A stretch of DNA of 64,000 nt, taken from contig CATNEN010000011.1 of assembly GCA_950097015.1 (NCBI GenBank), positions 1,178,001 through 1,242,000 on the forward strand, in the 5' to 3' direction. The notes beneath the pieces were generated by a model, which was given only the letters and a program-made list of their open reading frames with translations, did not search any database and was not told the origin of the DNA. Origin of the DNA: Macrostomum hystrix. Taxonomy: Eukaryota; Animalia; Platyhelminthes. Positions 1 to 13,100 of this stretch are shown here, in pieces. A program made the translations under genes and the position numbers. Position 1 is the first letter of the stretch, and each line of letters opens with the position of its first letter.

Positions 1-99
1 CTGGTGAGAATTGATTTTATTTTCATTCTTGGTTGGGTTAAACCTAAAAGTAGAATTTTTTCTGGGGTCTATTTAGAGTCTTGTAAGGTCTTTTTAAAG

Positions 100-700
100 T
101 CTTCAGGACTCTCTTCAGTATCTTCAGGGGTCTCTTCAGAGTCTTCAGGGCTCTATTCAGAGTCTTCAGGACTCTATTCAGAGTCTTCAGTGCTCAATTC
201 AGAGTCTTCAGGGCTCAATTCAGAGTCTTCAGGGCTCTATTCAGAATCTGCAGAGGTCTGTTCAGAGTCTCCTAGGGTCTATTCAGTGTCTTCAGGGCTC
301 TATTCAGAGTCTTCAGTGCTTTATTCAGAGTTTTCAGGGCTCAATTCAGAGTCTTCAGGGCTCAATTCAGAGTCTGCAGAGGTCTGTTCAGAGTCTCCTA
401 GGGTCTATTCAGAGTCTTCAGGGCTCTATTCAGAGTCTGCAGAGGTCTGTTCAGAGTCTCCTAGGGTCTATTCAGAGTCTTCAGGGCTCTATTCAGAGTC
501 TTCAGTGCTTTATTCAGAGTCTTCAGGGCTTTATTCAGAGTCTTCAGGGCTCAATTCAGAGTCTTCAGGGCTCAATTCAGAGTCTTCAGGGCTCAATTCA
601 GAGTCTTCAGGGCTCTATTCAGAGTCTGCAGAGGTCTGTTTAGAGTCTCCTAGGGTCTATTCAGAGTCTTCAGGGCTCTATTCAGAGTTTTCAGGGTTCT
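100..700. repeat. Intronic minisatellite, 21-bp unit (TTCAGAGTCTTCAGGGCTCTA)
   Basis: Direct tandem periodicity; explains the SESSGLY-repeat ORF 4..810. Confidence 0.95.
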
Positions 701-821
701 ACTTGGATGCTTCTAGACAGATTTTTAATCATTTATGGCTCATGGCTGCGATATTTCTGTTCTTCAATATCGAACACTCACGGTTTATTTATCAACCGCC
801 CGTGTACTAATAAACCCTCAG

Positions 822-3800
822 GCGAGGGCGAGCATAAGATCATGGACTTCATCCGGCGTCAGCGTGCTCAGCCGGCTCACGATCCGAACACTCGGCACTG
901 CCTGTGCGGCGCTGACGCCGACCTCATCATGCTGGGCCTGGCTACTCACGAGCCGCATTTCACCATCATTCGAGAGGAATTCGTGCCTAACAAACCCAGG
1001 CCCTGCGATCTGTGCGGCCAGCTGGGTCACGAAGCCAAGGACTGTCAGGGCCTGCCTAGGGATCAAGCTGCTGCCGAAGCTCCGCCTGTTCTAGCCTCCG
1101 AGGCTGACTTTATCTTCATCCGATTGCACATACTTCGCGAGTATCTTCAGAAGGAGCTGCGAATGGACGGCCTACCGTTCGGCTACGATTTCGAGAGGGC
1201 GCTGGACGATTGGGTGTTTATGTGCTTCTTTGTTGGCAACGACTTCCTGCCTCATCTACCTAGCTTAGAGATTCGCGAGGGAGCTATCGACCGGCTGGTT
1301 GGCATTTATAAGCGGGCTGTGTACCAGGTGAGGCCGGTTTTATGTGTCTAAGGGGCTGTGTACCAGGTGAGGCCGGTTTTATGTGTCTAAGGGGCTGTGT
1401 ACCAGGTGAGGCCGGTTTTATGTGTCTAAGGGGCTGTGTACCAGGTGAGGCCGGTTTTATGTGTCTAAGGGGCTGTGTACCAGGTGAGACCAATTCTAAG
1501 TGTCTAAGGGGGCTGTGTACCAGGTGAGACCGATTCTAAGTGTCTAAGGGGGCTGTGTACCAGGTGAGACCGATTCTAAGTGTCTAAGGGGGCTGTGTAC
1601 CAGGTGAGACCGATTCTAAGTGTCTAAGGGGGCTGTGTACCAGGTGAGTTTTATTTATTGGGGGCTGTGTACCATGTGAGGCCGATTTTTTAAGTGTCTA
1701 AGCGGGCTGTGTACCAGGTGTGACTGATCTTAAATATCTGAGGGGGGCTGTAAGGACTGTACCTGGTGAGGCTGATTTTAAGTGTCAACGATTTCAATCG
1801 TCTTGGATAACTGTGTATCAAGAAAAGGCAGTTAAAATTTACAGTTATATATCCTTATCTGTTAGATGACTGCTCAGAAAAATATTTTTAGTTGTATTTA
1901 AGCATTATTTACTTAGCATGCTACTGACTTACAATTAATAAGTAGTATAAAAAAGAACAACCAAAAATTGCCCACCAGACCGGCGGCTGGCTAACCGACT
2001 CTGGCTACGTGCACCTAGACCGAGTGCAGCTAATTATGCGCGATCTAGGCCAGATGGAGGACGAAATCTTTAAGCGTCGCCGTAGCTCCGACATGAACTT
2101 TCGACGACGCAGACGTGCGGAGAAGCAGGCCAAGCTGAGGCACACCATGATGGAGCGGGGCATGGCCGCGCCTCTTGGCGGCGGCCGGACCTCCGGCAAC
2201 GATCAGCAGCTCTCCTCTGGCCAGGCTATCCGGGCCCTGATGCGCGAGAGTCAGATGGAATCGCTGCAGGCCGACAGGCAGCAGCAGCAGCCGGACTCCG
2301 ATGAAGAGGCCGACGCTAGGGATGAGGTTTGTTGGTGGATTCGTGCAGTCCTACTGTGGTTTTATAATAAGTTAGACTTTCTGTCTAACAGGAATTTGTC
2401 TTCAGTCTAACATGTTTGGCCTTCTGTCTAACATGTTTGGCCTTCTGTCTAACAGTTATGGCCTTCTGTCTAACAGTTATGGCCTTCTGTCTAACAGGTT
2501 AGACTACCTGTCTTACAGTTTAGGAATTCTGTAAAACCGGTAAGACTTTCTATCAACAGTTTAGACTTTCTATGTAACCGTTTTATATTTATCATGCCCA
2601 GCTTTAGTAAGGCATGAATTAAAATATCCCAAAATTGCATTGCCATGCAGGTCCGCCTGTGGGAGGACGGCTGGCGACATCGCTACTACAGCAGCAAGTT
2701 CGGCGTTGCGCCACAGGACAGCCGCGACTTCCCGCTGTTGGTGGCCAGCCATTACGTTCGCGGCCTCTGCTGGGTGCTGCGCTACTATTACCAGGGCTGC
2801 GCCTCCTGGACCTGGTACTTTCCTTATCACTATTCGCCATTCGCCTCCGACTTCACCGACGTAGCCAACGTTGATGTGGACTTTGACAAGACGCCAACTG
2901 AGCCATTCAAACCGTTGGAACAGCTGATGGCCGTGTTCCCAGCGGCTAGCGGTTCGCATGTGCCTCCAACTTGGCGCAGTCTGATGAGCGATCCAGACTC
3001 GCCAATTATCGATTTCTATCCGATTGATTTTCGCGTCGATTTGAATGGCAAAAAATTCGCCTGGATGGGCGTTGCGCTGCTGCCGTTCGTTGACGAAGCT
3101 CGACTATTGAAGACCCTGGAGTCTGTCTATCCTAGCCTCATGCCTGACGAGATTGAGCGCAATGTCCGCGGACCGGATCGCCTGTTTGTCCGCTCCAGCC
3201 ACCCGGCTGCTGCTCTTATTCAACGACTCTACGCCGCTGGCAAGAAGGCCAACGAATTGGACATCGAGACCAACGCTGACGCCTCCCTGACAAGCGGCGT
3301 TGGCGGTGTTTACAAGCCGGACAAGCTGGCCTATCAGCCTGGCCAGGATGTGCCATCTCCCATTGCTCTGCCGCAGTTTCAAACTCTGCCAAATTGTCAG
3401 GTAGCTTCCTGCCGCTTCTTGGATCCCGCATTCCCGGCTGGTCACGTGTTTCCAGCCAGACCTCTGCCCGGAGCCAAGCCGCCGCCAGCCACTCTGCGGC
3501 CGGAGGATCTGGAACCTGGCAGGCAGTGGACGCCTAACCTTGGCCCAGGTCCGGACAGAGGTCACCGGCCTAGGCAGTCGTTTGACGCCGGGCCTATGCG
3601 AAGAATGGCTGAATCGTCCGTTGGATCAGCCGAACGGTTCAATAATAGCAGCCGGTATGGAGCTGTGCCTCCGCCCCAGCAGCAGCAGCAGCAGCAGCGA
3701 ATGTATCAAGCCAGTCGTTCTGTGCCAAACTTGCATCAGAATAGCATGGGCTGGTCTGGCCATGCGCCCTATCCGTCTCAGCAGCAGCAGCAGCAGTATC

Positions 3801-3961
3801 GTCAGTTTCCGCAGCAACAGCAGCAGTTTCAGCAGTATCCTCAGTTTCAAACTGACTATCGACGTGGCGGCGGCGGCGGAAGAGGCCCCAGAGGCGGCGG
3901 ATATGGCGGCGGCGGCTTCAGCGGCGGAGGTCGCGATTCGCGTCGCTATCAGCCCTACTAG
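822..3961 (+). CDS. XRN2: 5'-3' exoribonuclease 2, 3' part (upstream exons lie outside the window); exons 822-1327, 1979-2326, 2651-3961
   Basis: XRN1/2 signature peptides GEGEHKIMDFIR, HCLCGADADLIMLGLATHEPHF, DDWVFMCFFVGNDFLPHLPSLEIREGAIDRL, WYFPYHYSPFASD and DFRVDLNGKKFAWMGVALLPFVDE. GT-AG junctions join in phase (VYQ|TGGWLTDSGYV; RDE|VRLWEDGW). Gln-rich and RGG low-complexity C-terminus. Confidence 0.96.
1313..1772 (+). repeat. ~39-bp minisatellite whose unit contains the XRN2 exon end and the 5' splice donor
   Basis: Unit GGGCTGTGTACCAG|GTGAGGCCGGTTTTATGTGTCTAAG; about 12 copies, diverging distally. Confidence 0.95.
2378..2500. repeat. Short 21-bp intronic tandem repeat (TTCTGTCTAACATGTTTGGCC and variants)
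   Basis: About 6 visible copies in the last XRN2 intron. Confidence 0.85.
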
Positions 3962-4999
3962 CAGCGCTATCCGATGCTAGCATTGGATTGTATCAATCGG
4001 CAGCTATAGCTATAACTATCGGCTTTGCTAGTTATTCTGCTGTTCAATGCACTAATTTATCTATTCCTTACTGTATAGCTTTTGTTTGACAAGTTCGCTG
4101 TCGCGTTTCTGTTTGTCTAGTTTTCGTCGAAATTTAGTTTTGTTATTCACTTCTTTCTGTCAGCTTTTGCTAAAGATGACTGCAGCTTAGCAAACCGTAA
4201 TAAGATCTTCAGAGCATCAGTTATTATTCATTTGAGTGCAAAATATTCGACGCTAAAGTAAAATTGGCAACAGATTCCGGTGGAAAAAAGTATAAAAAGG
4301 CCCATTAACTATATCGACAAAATGTCGATTTTCTTATTTTTACCGAAGTTTTCATTTCAGTTGTTTCGAAATATAACAATGAATTGAAGCTAACAAAAAC
4401 CTCCTTGCACAGATTCCTCCAAGTGAATTCTGAGGTTTTCATTTAATTTACTACGCAGACAAAATTAATTTTACAATGGTGCTTAAATGCTACTTAAAGT
4501 AGATTTTTCTTTTAAATCATTCTTTTTTAGAGACAGCTAAAGCTTTATGAAACATTGACACGGAAATTTCCAGTGTTCTATTTATAGTAGTGTGACGCAT
4601 TTTTGTAGAATTTTCCGGTATCTGGTTCATTTCAAGGCTCTTTTTCACCAGTGAAATGACCGTCTATGGCCAAAAGACACTTAAAATGAAGCCTCTAGCA
4701 GAAAGAACTCGGACGCGAGTTCTAGACAAATATTTGATACTAGAAATCTGCTTTGCAGTCAGTTTGTCAGTTTAGAAAGCATTTAATTCTCTTTTTGTCG
4801 TCAAGTAGATAGAGGCAAGAATATAGGGTAGGATATCACATCATTTATGAGTACTCTGAATGTTCTCTGAATAAATCAATCGAGTAACAATATCGTGTTT
4901 TATAAAAAAATCTTTAAAATCAACTCTTAAAAAATGTTTGCCTGTTACAGTTAAATCGTCTTATTTTCGTTGGTTTCCGAGTGGAAATTAGAAAAAAAA

Positions 5000-6392
5000 T
5001 CAATCCTGCAGACCGCAGATCATATTGGCTGGCAGGGCAGCGTCAATCTGTTTCGGATAGGGCAGGTTGAGATTGTTCATGATGCTCACAAACTCACTTA
5101 GAGATTTGTTTAGCCGACTGTTGAATCGTTTCTCCTCAGCGACAGACGTGACAGTCTGGCCTGTGTAGTCGTGAGCTGGGTAGAGCAGGTAGTTGTCTGG
5201 CAGGCTGAAGATCTGGCTATGCACCGACTCGTACAGCCGCTCCGGCGAGCCTTGCTGAAAATCGGTTCTGCCGCAGCCTCTGATTAGCAGGGCGTCTCCA
5301 GTGAATGCCATCCTGTGGCTGTGCAGCACATATGTCAGGCAGCCATCGGTGTGACCCGGCGTTGACCGAGTCTCTAGCTGCAGCTTGCCGAAATCAATCT
5401 GCCAGGGTGTGACGCACAATGTCACTGGTCACTATGTGCTTCGGGTTCAATGTACATGTCCCATCTCTGCCCTTTGTTATCACCCCCTGTCTCTTTTCTC
5501 CCTGTCTCTTCTCTCCCCTGTCTCATCTCTCCCCTGTCTCTTTTCTCCCCTGTCTCATCTCTCCCCTGTCTCATCTCTGCCCTTTCTCTTCTCTCCCCTG
5601 TCTAATCTCTGCCCTTTCTCTTCTCTCCCCTGTCTCATCTCTCCTGTCTCATCTCTCCCCTGTCTCATCTCTCCCCTGTCTCTTTTCTCCCCTGTCCCAT
5701 CTCTCCCCTGTATCATCTCCCCTGTCTCATCTCTCCCCTGTCTCTTTTCTCCCCTGTGTTATCTCTCCCCTGTCTCTTTTCTCCCCTGTCTCTTTTCTAC
5801 CCTGTCTCATCTCTCCCCTGTCTCATCTCTCCCCTGTCTTATCTCTCCGCCATCTCTTCCCTCCCCTGTCTCTTCCCTCCCCTGTCTCATCTCTCCCCTG
5901 TCTTATCTCTCCGCCATCTCTTCCCTCCCCTGTCTCTTCCCTCCCCTGTCTCATCTCTCCCCTGTCTTATATCCTCCCTGTCTCTTTTCTTCCCAGTGAT
6001 TTTTCCCCCGTTCTCATATCACTTCCGAGTCTCATCTCTCCTGGCAGACGATAAAGCAGTTATTCAAGAGGCGCCCGGACCTTGTCTCCGTGCTTGATTC
6101 GCACATCGGCCTTCGCCTTGCTGACCTCCGCGATGACACTCTTGCATCCGGGCAGCAGGGACTTCAGCTTGCCGCTGCCAGTCACGTGATCAGCATGCAC
6201 GTGCGTGTTGATGGCGAACTTCAACGCCAAGCCGAGCTGCTTGACAATGCCAGCGTCCCTATCGGCGGTCTCAATGACCGGGTCGATGAGCACAGCCTGT
6301 TTAGTGGCTTCGCAAGCCAACAGGTAAGTGTAGGTGCAGCTCTTGGACTCAAATAATTGCCTAAAGATCAAGCCGGACATGATTTTGTTCAT
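5000..6392 (-). CDS. ETHE1: Persulfide dioxygenase ETHE1 (metallo-beta-lactamase fold), 236 aa; exons 6392-6081 and 5398-5000
   Basis: [28 protein letters not shown] (HxHxDH), [31 protein letters not shown] and [10 protein letters not shown] match the ETHE1 family. Phase-0 GT-AG junction HGDK|IDFG. Confidence 0.95.
5480..6035. repeat. CT-rich 16-bp minisatellite (CTGTCTCATCTCTCCC) filling the ETHE1 intron
   Basis: Tandem periodicity; gives spurious ORFs in all three + frames. Confidence 0.92.
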
Positions 6393-6834
6393 CGGAAAAA
6401 ATTGCTATGTTTTACTTATCGAGTAAATTTAGTAAAACAACTTAATGCATATTTTGCTCGGTTGAAAAAAATAGGTAAAATTTATAGTCTCTCTTGTTTT
6501 CGTATCGCTTGAGTACTAATCTATACTTAGCAGCTAGAACTTGTGCTCAATTCCATTGCGAATTCCATTGGTTGAGAGCATTGTGAGAAATAATTTTCTG
6601 CTCGCCTCATTTCAGTGCACAGTGAGCTGACGACGCGGCGACACACCCTCTTTCTAATTTTCTCGCTCTTTGCTGTCACTTCTCAACTCGTGCGTGAGTG
6701 GCAAAAGGCTGAAGCAAGTGGGCTCACTGCAATGTCAACCTTTAGTTGTTACGGCTGGACAGAAGTTTGTTGTGCCAGTGAAAATAAATATGGAATAAAC
6801 TTTTGAAAGCTAATTTAAACCATTTTCGCGCAAT

Positions 6835-7757
6835 TTGAGGAGACGATATTCAGAGACTGAGGAGACAGTGTTCAGGGACTGAAGAGACAGTGTTCAGGGA
6901 CTGAGGAGATGATATTCAGGGACTGAAGAGACGATGTTCAGGGACTGAAGAGACAGTGTTCAGGGACTGAGGAGACTGTGTTCAGGGACTGAGGAGATGA
7001 TATTCAGGGACTGAAGAGACGATGTTCAGGGACTGAAGAGACAGTGTTCAGGGACTGAGGAGACTGTGTTCAGGGACTGAGGAGACTGTGTTCAGGGACT
7101 GAGGAGACTGTGTTCAGGGACTGAGGAGATGATATTCAGGGACTGAGGAGACTGTGTTCAGGGACTGAGGAGACTGTGTTCAGGGACTGAGGAGACTGTG
7201 TTCAGGGACTGAGGAGACTGTGTTCATGGACTGAGGAGACTGTGTTCAGGGACTGAGGAGATGATATTCAGGGACTGAAGAGACAGTGTTCAGGGACTGA
7301 AGAGACGATGTTAAGGGACTGAAGAGACTGTGTTCAGGGACTGAGGCGATGATATTCAGGGACTGAGGAGACTGTGTTCAGGGACTGAGGAGACTGTGTT
7401 CAAGGACTGAGGAGACTGTGTTCAGGGACTGAGGAGACTGTGTTCATGGACTGAGGAGACTGTGTTCAGGGACTGAGGAGACAGTGTTCAGGGACTGAGG
7501 AGATGATATTTAGGGACTGAAGAGACGATGTTCAGGGACTGAAGAGACTGTGTTCAGGGACTGAAGAGACAGTGTTCAGGGACTGAAGAGACAGTGTTCA
7601 GGGACTGAAGAGACTGTGTTCAGGGACTGAAGAGACTGTGTTCAGGGACTGAAGAGACTGTGTTCAGGGACTGAAGAGACAGTGTTCAGGGACTGAAGAG
7701 ACGATGTTAAGGGACTGAAGAGACAGTGTTCAGGGACTGAGGAGACAGTGTTCAGTG
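6835..7757. repeat. 22-bp intergenic minisatellite (GGGACTGAGGAGACTGTGTTCA)
   Basis: About 40 tandem copies with recurring variants. Confidence 0.95.
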
Positions 7758-9289
7758 ACTTAGTAGCGACTGAAAGGTGAGTACATTATGCCGATACTCA
7801 GGGCTTCGAGTTGTATATAAGTAATACCACATTGCCGACCTAATTTTTTATAACACTAAAGTAGAATTCGGTAGCACTGCAAGATCAAATAGGTACAGAA
7901 AAATCGTGTGTTTACCACCTCACCAAAAATGCAAAATGCAAAATTTAGGTTTCTTAAATTTCTTTCCTTGCAAGAGGCAGAAAAGTTCTTATCTATTTCT
8001 TAGAAACGGCAGTTTTTGTCGCTATAAGCTAAAAAGATCAGCATTATTGTTCTAAAGCAGATAGACATGCATCTAAACTTTGCTTTTTTATCATGAAAAA
8101 AGTGATAGTGATTTGTCCAAACTCATATCAATGTACGCTCGAACGGTCGTGATTTAAGTTTTCGATTCCCCATTACCTGCCTAATTTTTCCCCATAGAAT
8201 TGTAAGGGCTTGAGGCCAAATGAGACTTAATGAGTCATCATTTCGATCGCTCAAACCCCTGAAAATGCCCATCCCAACTTTGCTCCCATTGTTCTCTCGT
8301 TCACTCGAGCATGGCTAGAGATTAACCTTCAAATGTTATTTTACGCGAATCCCCTTTATCACTTTTTTATTGTAACGCACAGATACAATAATAACCTTAA
8401 CAATAATACAATGATAATCTTTAAAGCAGTTATTTTCATAAGTAATAAAAGTACGTTTGTAATAACTGAGCGAAAGCAAAATTAATGAGCCGATTACGCA
8501 ACGATTACGTAATAGCACCCACCTCACCACCCCCAAGCTTACAGCACAACGTCAGACCAATCAGAGCGCGGCAGGGCTCGGTTCTTCACTACGCAGGGCC
8601 AGGGCTGGGTCAACTCAGACTTTCAATCACGGTTCACGCGTGTGATGCGTGATTTCTCGCCTGTATAATCCTCCCAAAAAGTCAGCCTGATCGTCCAAGT
8701 CCCCAAGTCCCCCATTAACTTGGGGACTGAGGAGATCATCTTATTCCCTTCCTTCCCAAAAGCTATCCCCCATGCCAAGCCCCCGATCCCTGTTGCATTA
8801 AAATCACCATTCCCTCATCCCCATTATGAAAAGGTTATTAATATATTAAAATTATTACATTTTATTATATTATTATTTAATTAAGGCTCTTTAGTTATTT
8901 TCACACAGTACTATGCAGACACATGTATAATGTAGCACACGTACTGTAAATGCATTAATGATAAACGAATTAGTGCACACACGCGGTACTGCATGCAGAT
9001 AAATAAGAGAAGCGTTTCCTTTCATAATTTAACTTTTAAGACAATTGTCTCTCTCTACCTATAGAGAGATTGTCAGATAAAGTTTCTAACTTTGCATGTT
9101 ACAGTCCTACTGTTTATGCTTACCTGTTTTTAGTAAATGTATCCAATATTAGCAACGCTTATACAAAGAGCTGTCTGATTTGCAGATTAATATCAGTCGC
9201 TTGATAAAGTTTGCTTAAACGTACATACACTTCGATATTAAATGGCAATTCTTACTAAACTAGATTTCCAATAATTTGCCGAACTCTCA

Positions 9290-9760
9290 TTTGTTGAAGC
9301 TCCTTTGATGTGCCGCACTCTCATTTGATAATGCTTCTTTGATGTGCCGCACTCCTATTTGATAAGGCACCTTTGATGTGCCGCACTCCTATTTGATAAG
9401 GCTCCTTTGATGTGCCGCACACCTTTTTGATAAGGCTCCTTTGATGTGCAGCATTCCCGTTTCATAAGGCTTCCTTTTATGTGCCGCACTACCGTTCGAT
9501 AAGGCTCCTTTGATGTGCCGCACTCTCATTTGATAAGGCACCTTTGATGTGCCGCACTCCTATTTGATAAGGCCCCTATAATGTGCCGCACCCCTATTTG
9601 ATAAGGCCCCTTTGATGTGCCGCACTCCTATTTGATAAGGCCCCTTTGATGTGCCGCACTCCTATTTGATAAGGCCCCTTTGATGTGCCGCACTCTCATT
9701 TAAGGCACCTTTGATGTGCCACACTCCCTTTTGTTAAGGCTCCTTTGATGTGACGCACAG
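9290..9760. repeat. 34-bp minisatellite (TTTGATAAGGCCCCTTTGATGTGCCGCACTCCTA)
   Basis: About 13 tandem copies. Confidence 0.93.
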
Positions 9761-10175
9761 CCATAGAGCACTATGGATGAATGTTTACCATAAGCATGAA
9801 TTTTAAGGCCTAAACATATTTATTACCTAGAAATCCGCGTCGCGAACACCAAGTTACCAACCGAATGGCCAAATAATTTAGTTATATAAAGCATGTCGAA
9901 CTATTAATCATAATTTTCCGAAACCTGGCCACTAAGAAAGTATCCACCTCAAACATACAACTACCTTCACGAGAAACTTACGGCCATCTCCGCAAGCTCT
10001 GTCTGCTACTATATAAATATATTCGCAAAGTTTTTTAAACGACGGCCAATTAGCTTAACGGCAAATATATACTAGATTCGCAACACTTATAACTTGTGCG
10101 TCGAGAGCACTCTGAGTATTCTAGACTGTACAAAAGAGTTCGTTTTGTACTGTACTGAGTCAGGCCATTGCAAGC

Positions 10176-13100
10176 ATGGCCGCCAACAGCAAGCGCGACA
10201 ATGATCAGCTGGCTGACTCAAGCCAGAGCTACGAACCGGCTCTGAACCAAGCCTTCCGCGACCGTCTCAAACCGTGTCTCAACGCCATCGACTGCCTCCG
10301 AGCGCAGGGCCTGCAACGGGAAATCCGCCTGCCAGCCATTGCTGTCGTTGGCGACCAGTCGGTTGGCAAATCGTCGGTGCTGGAGGCAATCTCTGGCGTT
10401 GAATTTCCCCGCGGTCTGGGCATTGTGACCCGCTGTCCGCTGATGCTGAGCATGCGTAGCCGGCAGGATACCGGCTGGTCGGCCAAAATCAGGCGAGGCT
10501 GCTGACGCGATTTGGGCTGGAATTGATAGGGGTTGTGGGATGGGGGTTGGAAAAAGTTGGATTGGGGTTGGGTAAGGTTGGATAGGGGTTGGAAATGGTT
10601 TGATAGGGGTTGGAAACAGTTGGATAGGGGTTCGAAACAGTTGGATAGGGGTTGGGAAAAGATGGATAGGGGTTGGAAACAGTTGGATTGGGGTTGGGTA
10701 AGGTTGGATAGGGGTTGGGAAAAGATGATAGGGGTTGGAAACTGTTGGATAGGGGTTGGAAACTGTTGGATTGGGGTTGGGAAAAGTTGGATAGGGGTTG
10801 GAAACTGTTGGATAGGGGTTGGAAACAGTTGGATAGGGGTTCGAAACAGTTGGATAGGGGTTGGAAACAGTTGGATAGGGGTTGGAAACTGTTGGATAGG
10901 GGTTGGAAACAGTTGGATTGGGGTTGGGTAAGGTTGGATAGGGGTTGGAAACAGTTGGATTGGGGTTGGAAACAGTTGGATAGGGGTTGGGAAAAGATGG
11001 ATAGGGGTTGGAAACAGTTGGATTGGGGTTGGGAAAAGTTGGATAGGGGTTAGAAACAGTTGGATAGGGGCTGGAAACAGTGGGATAGGGGTTGGAAACA
11101 GTTGGATAGGGGCTGGAAACGATTTGATAGGGATTTTAAATCGGAAAGTTTTTCTAAAAGGGTTTGAACATTTTAAGATCGGGGCGAAAAATGAATGGTG
11201 CACCTGTGAATGCATAGTAGCATAAAAGAAAGATCTCACAAAGATTGTTGTGAGAAACTAAATAGGAGCTATAAAAAGCAGCAGTGGACTCTAAAAAATG
11301 CGAATTTCCAGCTGGAGAAGTTGCTCATTCTTTCTTCCTTCTTTCTACTTCGGTGCTAATTGCCAGGTATAAGACTAAGAGCGGTCAAGATCAAGAGAAA
11401 AGCCTCAAATCATCTATGGAAGTCGGTCAGGCGATTCGCGACGCCCAAAACGATATGACCAGCTCGCCGGGTGAAATCTCTGAGAATCTCATTGAACTGT
11501 GGGTGGAGAGTCCCGAGTCACCGGATCTGACACTGATTGACCTGCCGGGCATCGCCAGGTATGAGTCTGCTCAGTCTTAGGCCATAGAATTTACTTATTC
11601 TGTCCATTCTGTGGTTTAAGCTGTTCTAGAAGGTTAACTTGTCGTTTGAATATGTCCAGTTTTCCTTTGAATAGGTCCAGTTTTCCTTTGAATAGGTCCA
11701 GTTTTCCTTTGAATAGGTCCAGTTTTCCTTTGAATAGGTCCAGTTTTATTTTAAATATGTCCATTTTCCTTTGAATAGGTCCAGTTTTCCTTTGAATAGG
11801 TCCAGTTTTCCTTTGAATAGGTCCAGTTTTCCTTTGAATAGGTCCAGTTTTATTTTAAATATGTCCAGTTTTCTTTGAATAGGTCCAGTTTTCCTTTGAA
11901 TAGGTCCAGTTTTCCTTTGAATAGGTCCAGTTTTCCTTTGAATAGGTCCAGTTTTATTTTAAATATGTCCAGTTTTCTTTGAATAGGTCCAGTTTTCCTT
12001 TGAATAGGTCCAGTTTTCCTTTGAATAGGTCCATTTTTCCTTTGAATAGGTCCAGATTTATTTTAAATATGTCCATTTTCCTTTGAATAGGTCCAGTTTT
12101 CCTTTGAATAGGTCCATTTTTCCTTTGAATAGGTCCAGTTTTCCTTTGAAGAGGTCCAGTTTTATTTTAAATATGTCCAGTTTTCTTTGAATAGGTCCAG
12201 TTTTCCCTTGAATAGGTCCAGTTTTCCTCTAAATAGGTCCCATTTCCGGTTATGGTTATTTTAAAGCAATTTAAATGCAATTCAATTAAAAATGACTCGC
12301 GTAATTACTAGTAGGATACATGACTCTTCGTACGAGTATTCGTTTATGAGTTACGCACGAAGGCATCTCGCTGCCGCTATCAACTTAGATATTCAATCGA
12401 AAGCGGTGGAAGTGTGTCCAGCTTGACCAAGTCTCTCATTCTGAGCTATATCGAGAGGAAGGAGATCATCATTTTGGTCGTCATTCCCTGCCACGTTGAC
12501 ATCGAGACTGTGGAAGCTCTGTCTCTAGCGAAGGAGGTGGACCCGGAGTCGAAGCGTACAATCGGTGTTCTCACCTGTCCGGATCTGATCAACCCGGGCT
12601 CAGAGTCGGAAGTTCTGGCGCTGATGCGCAACCAGAAGATTCCGTTGAAGAAGGGCTACGTCTCCGTGAGGTGTCGCACCCCGCAGCAGCTGAAGGACAA
12701 CATGAGCCTGCAGCAGGCTAGCAAGGAGGAGGAAGTGTTCTTTAAGACCCACAAGCACTTTAAAGCTCTGGATAAGTTCGAGTACGGAACAAAGACTCTG
12801 GCAGTGAAGCTGAGCAGCGAACTGTACGAAGCAATCAAGCGAAACATTCCCGAGCTGATGAGGGAGATTCAGGTGAGGCGAAATGACAAGCTCATTTAGC
12901 AAGCTCAAACTTTCATTAAAACTTTGTTCTAATATCTCAGTAGCATCTAAGGAGTAACATCCCCAGTTCCAGTAACATCCCCAGTTCCAGTAGCATCCTC
13001 AGCTCCAGTAGCATCCTCAGTTCCAGTAGCATCCTCAGTTCCAGTAGCATCCTCAGTTCCAGTAGCATCCTCAGCTCCAGTAGCATCCTCAGTTCCAGTA

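Noticed and set aside
4-810. 268-aa Ser-rich ORF
   Set aside because: Translation of a 21-bp intronic minisatellite upstream of the XRN2 exon at 822.
3104-3980. Antisense and alternative-frame ORFs over XRN2, and similar ones over Mx, the LRR gene and UBX
   Set aside because: Shadow frames of GC-rich coding exons.
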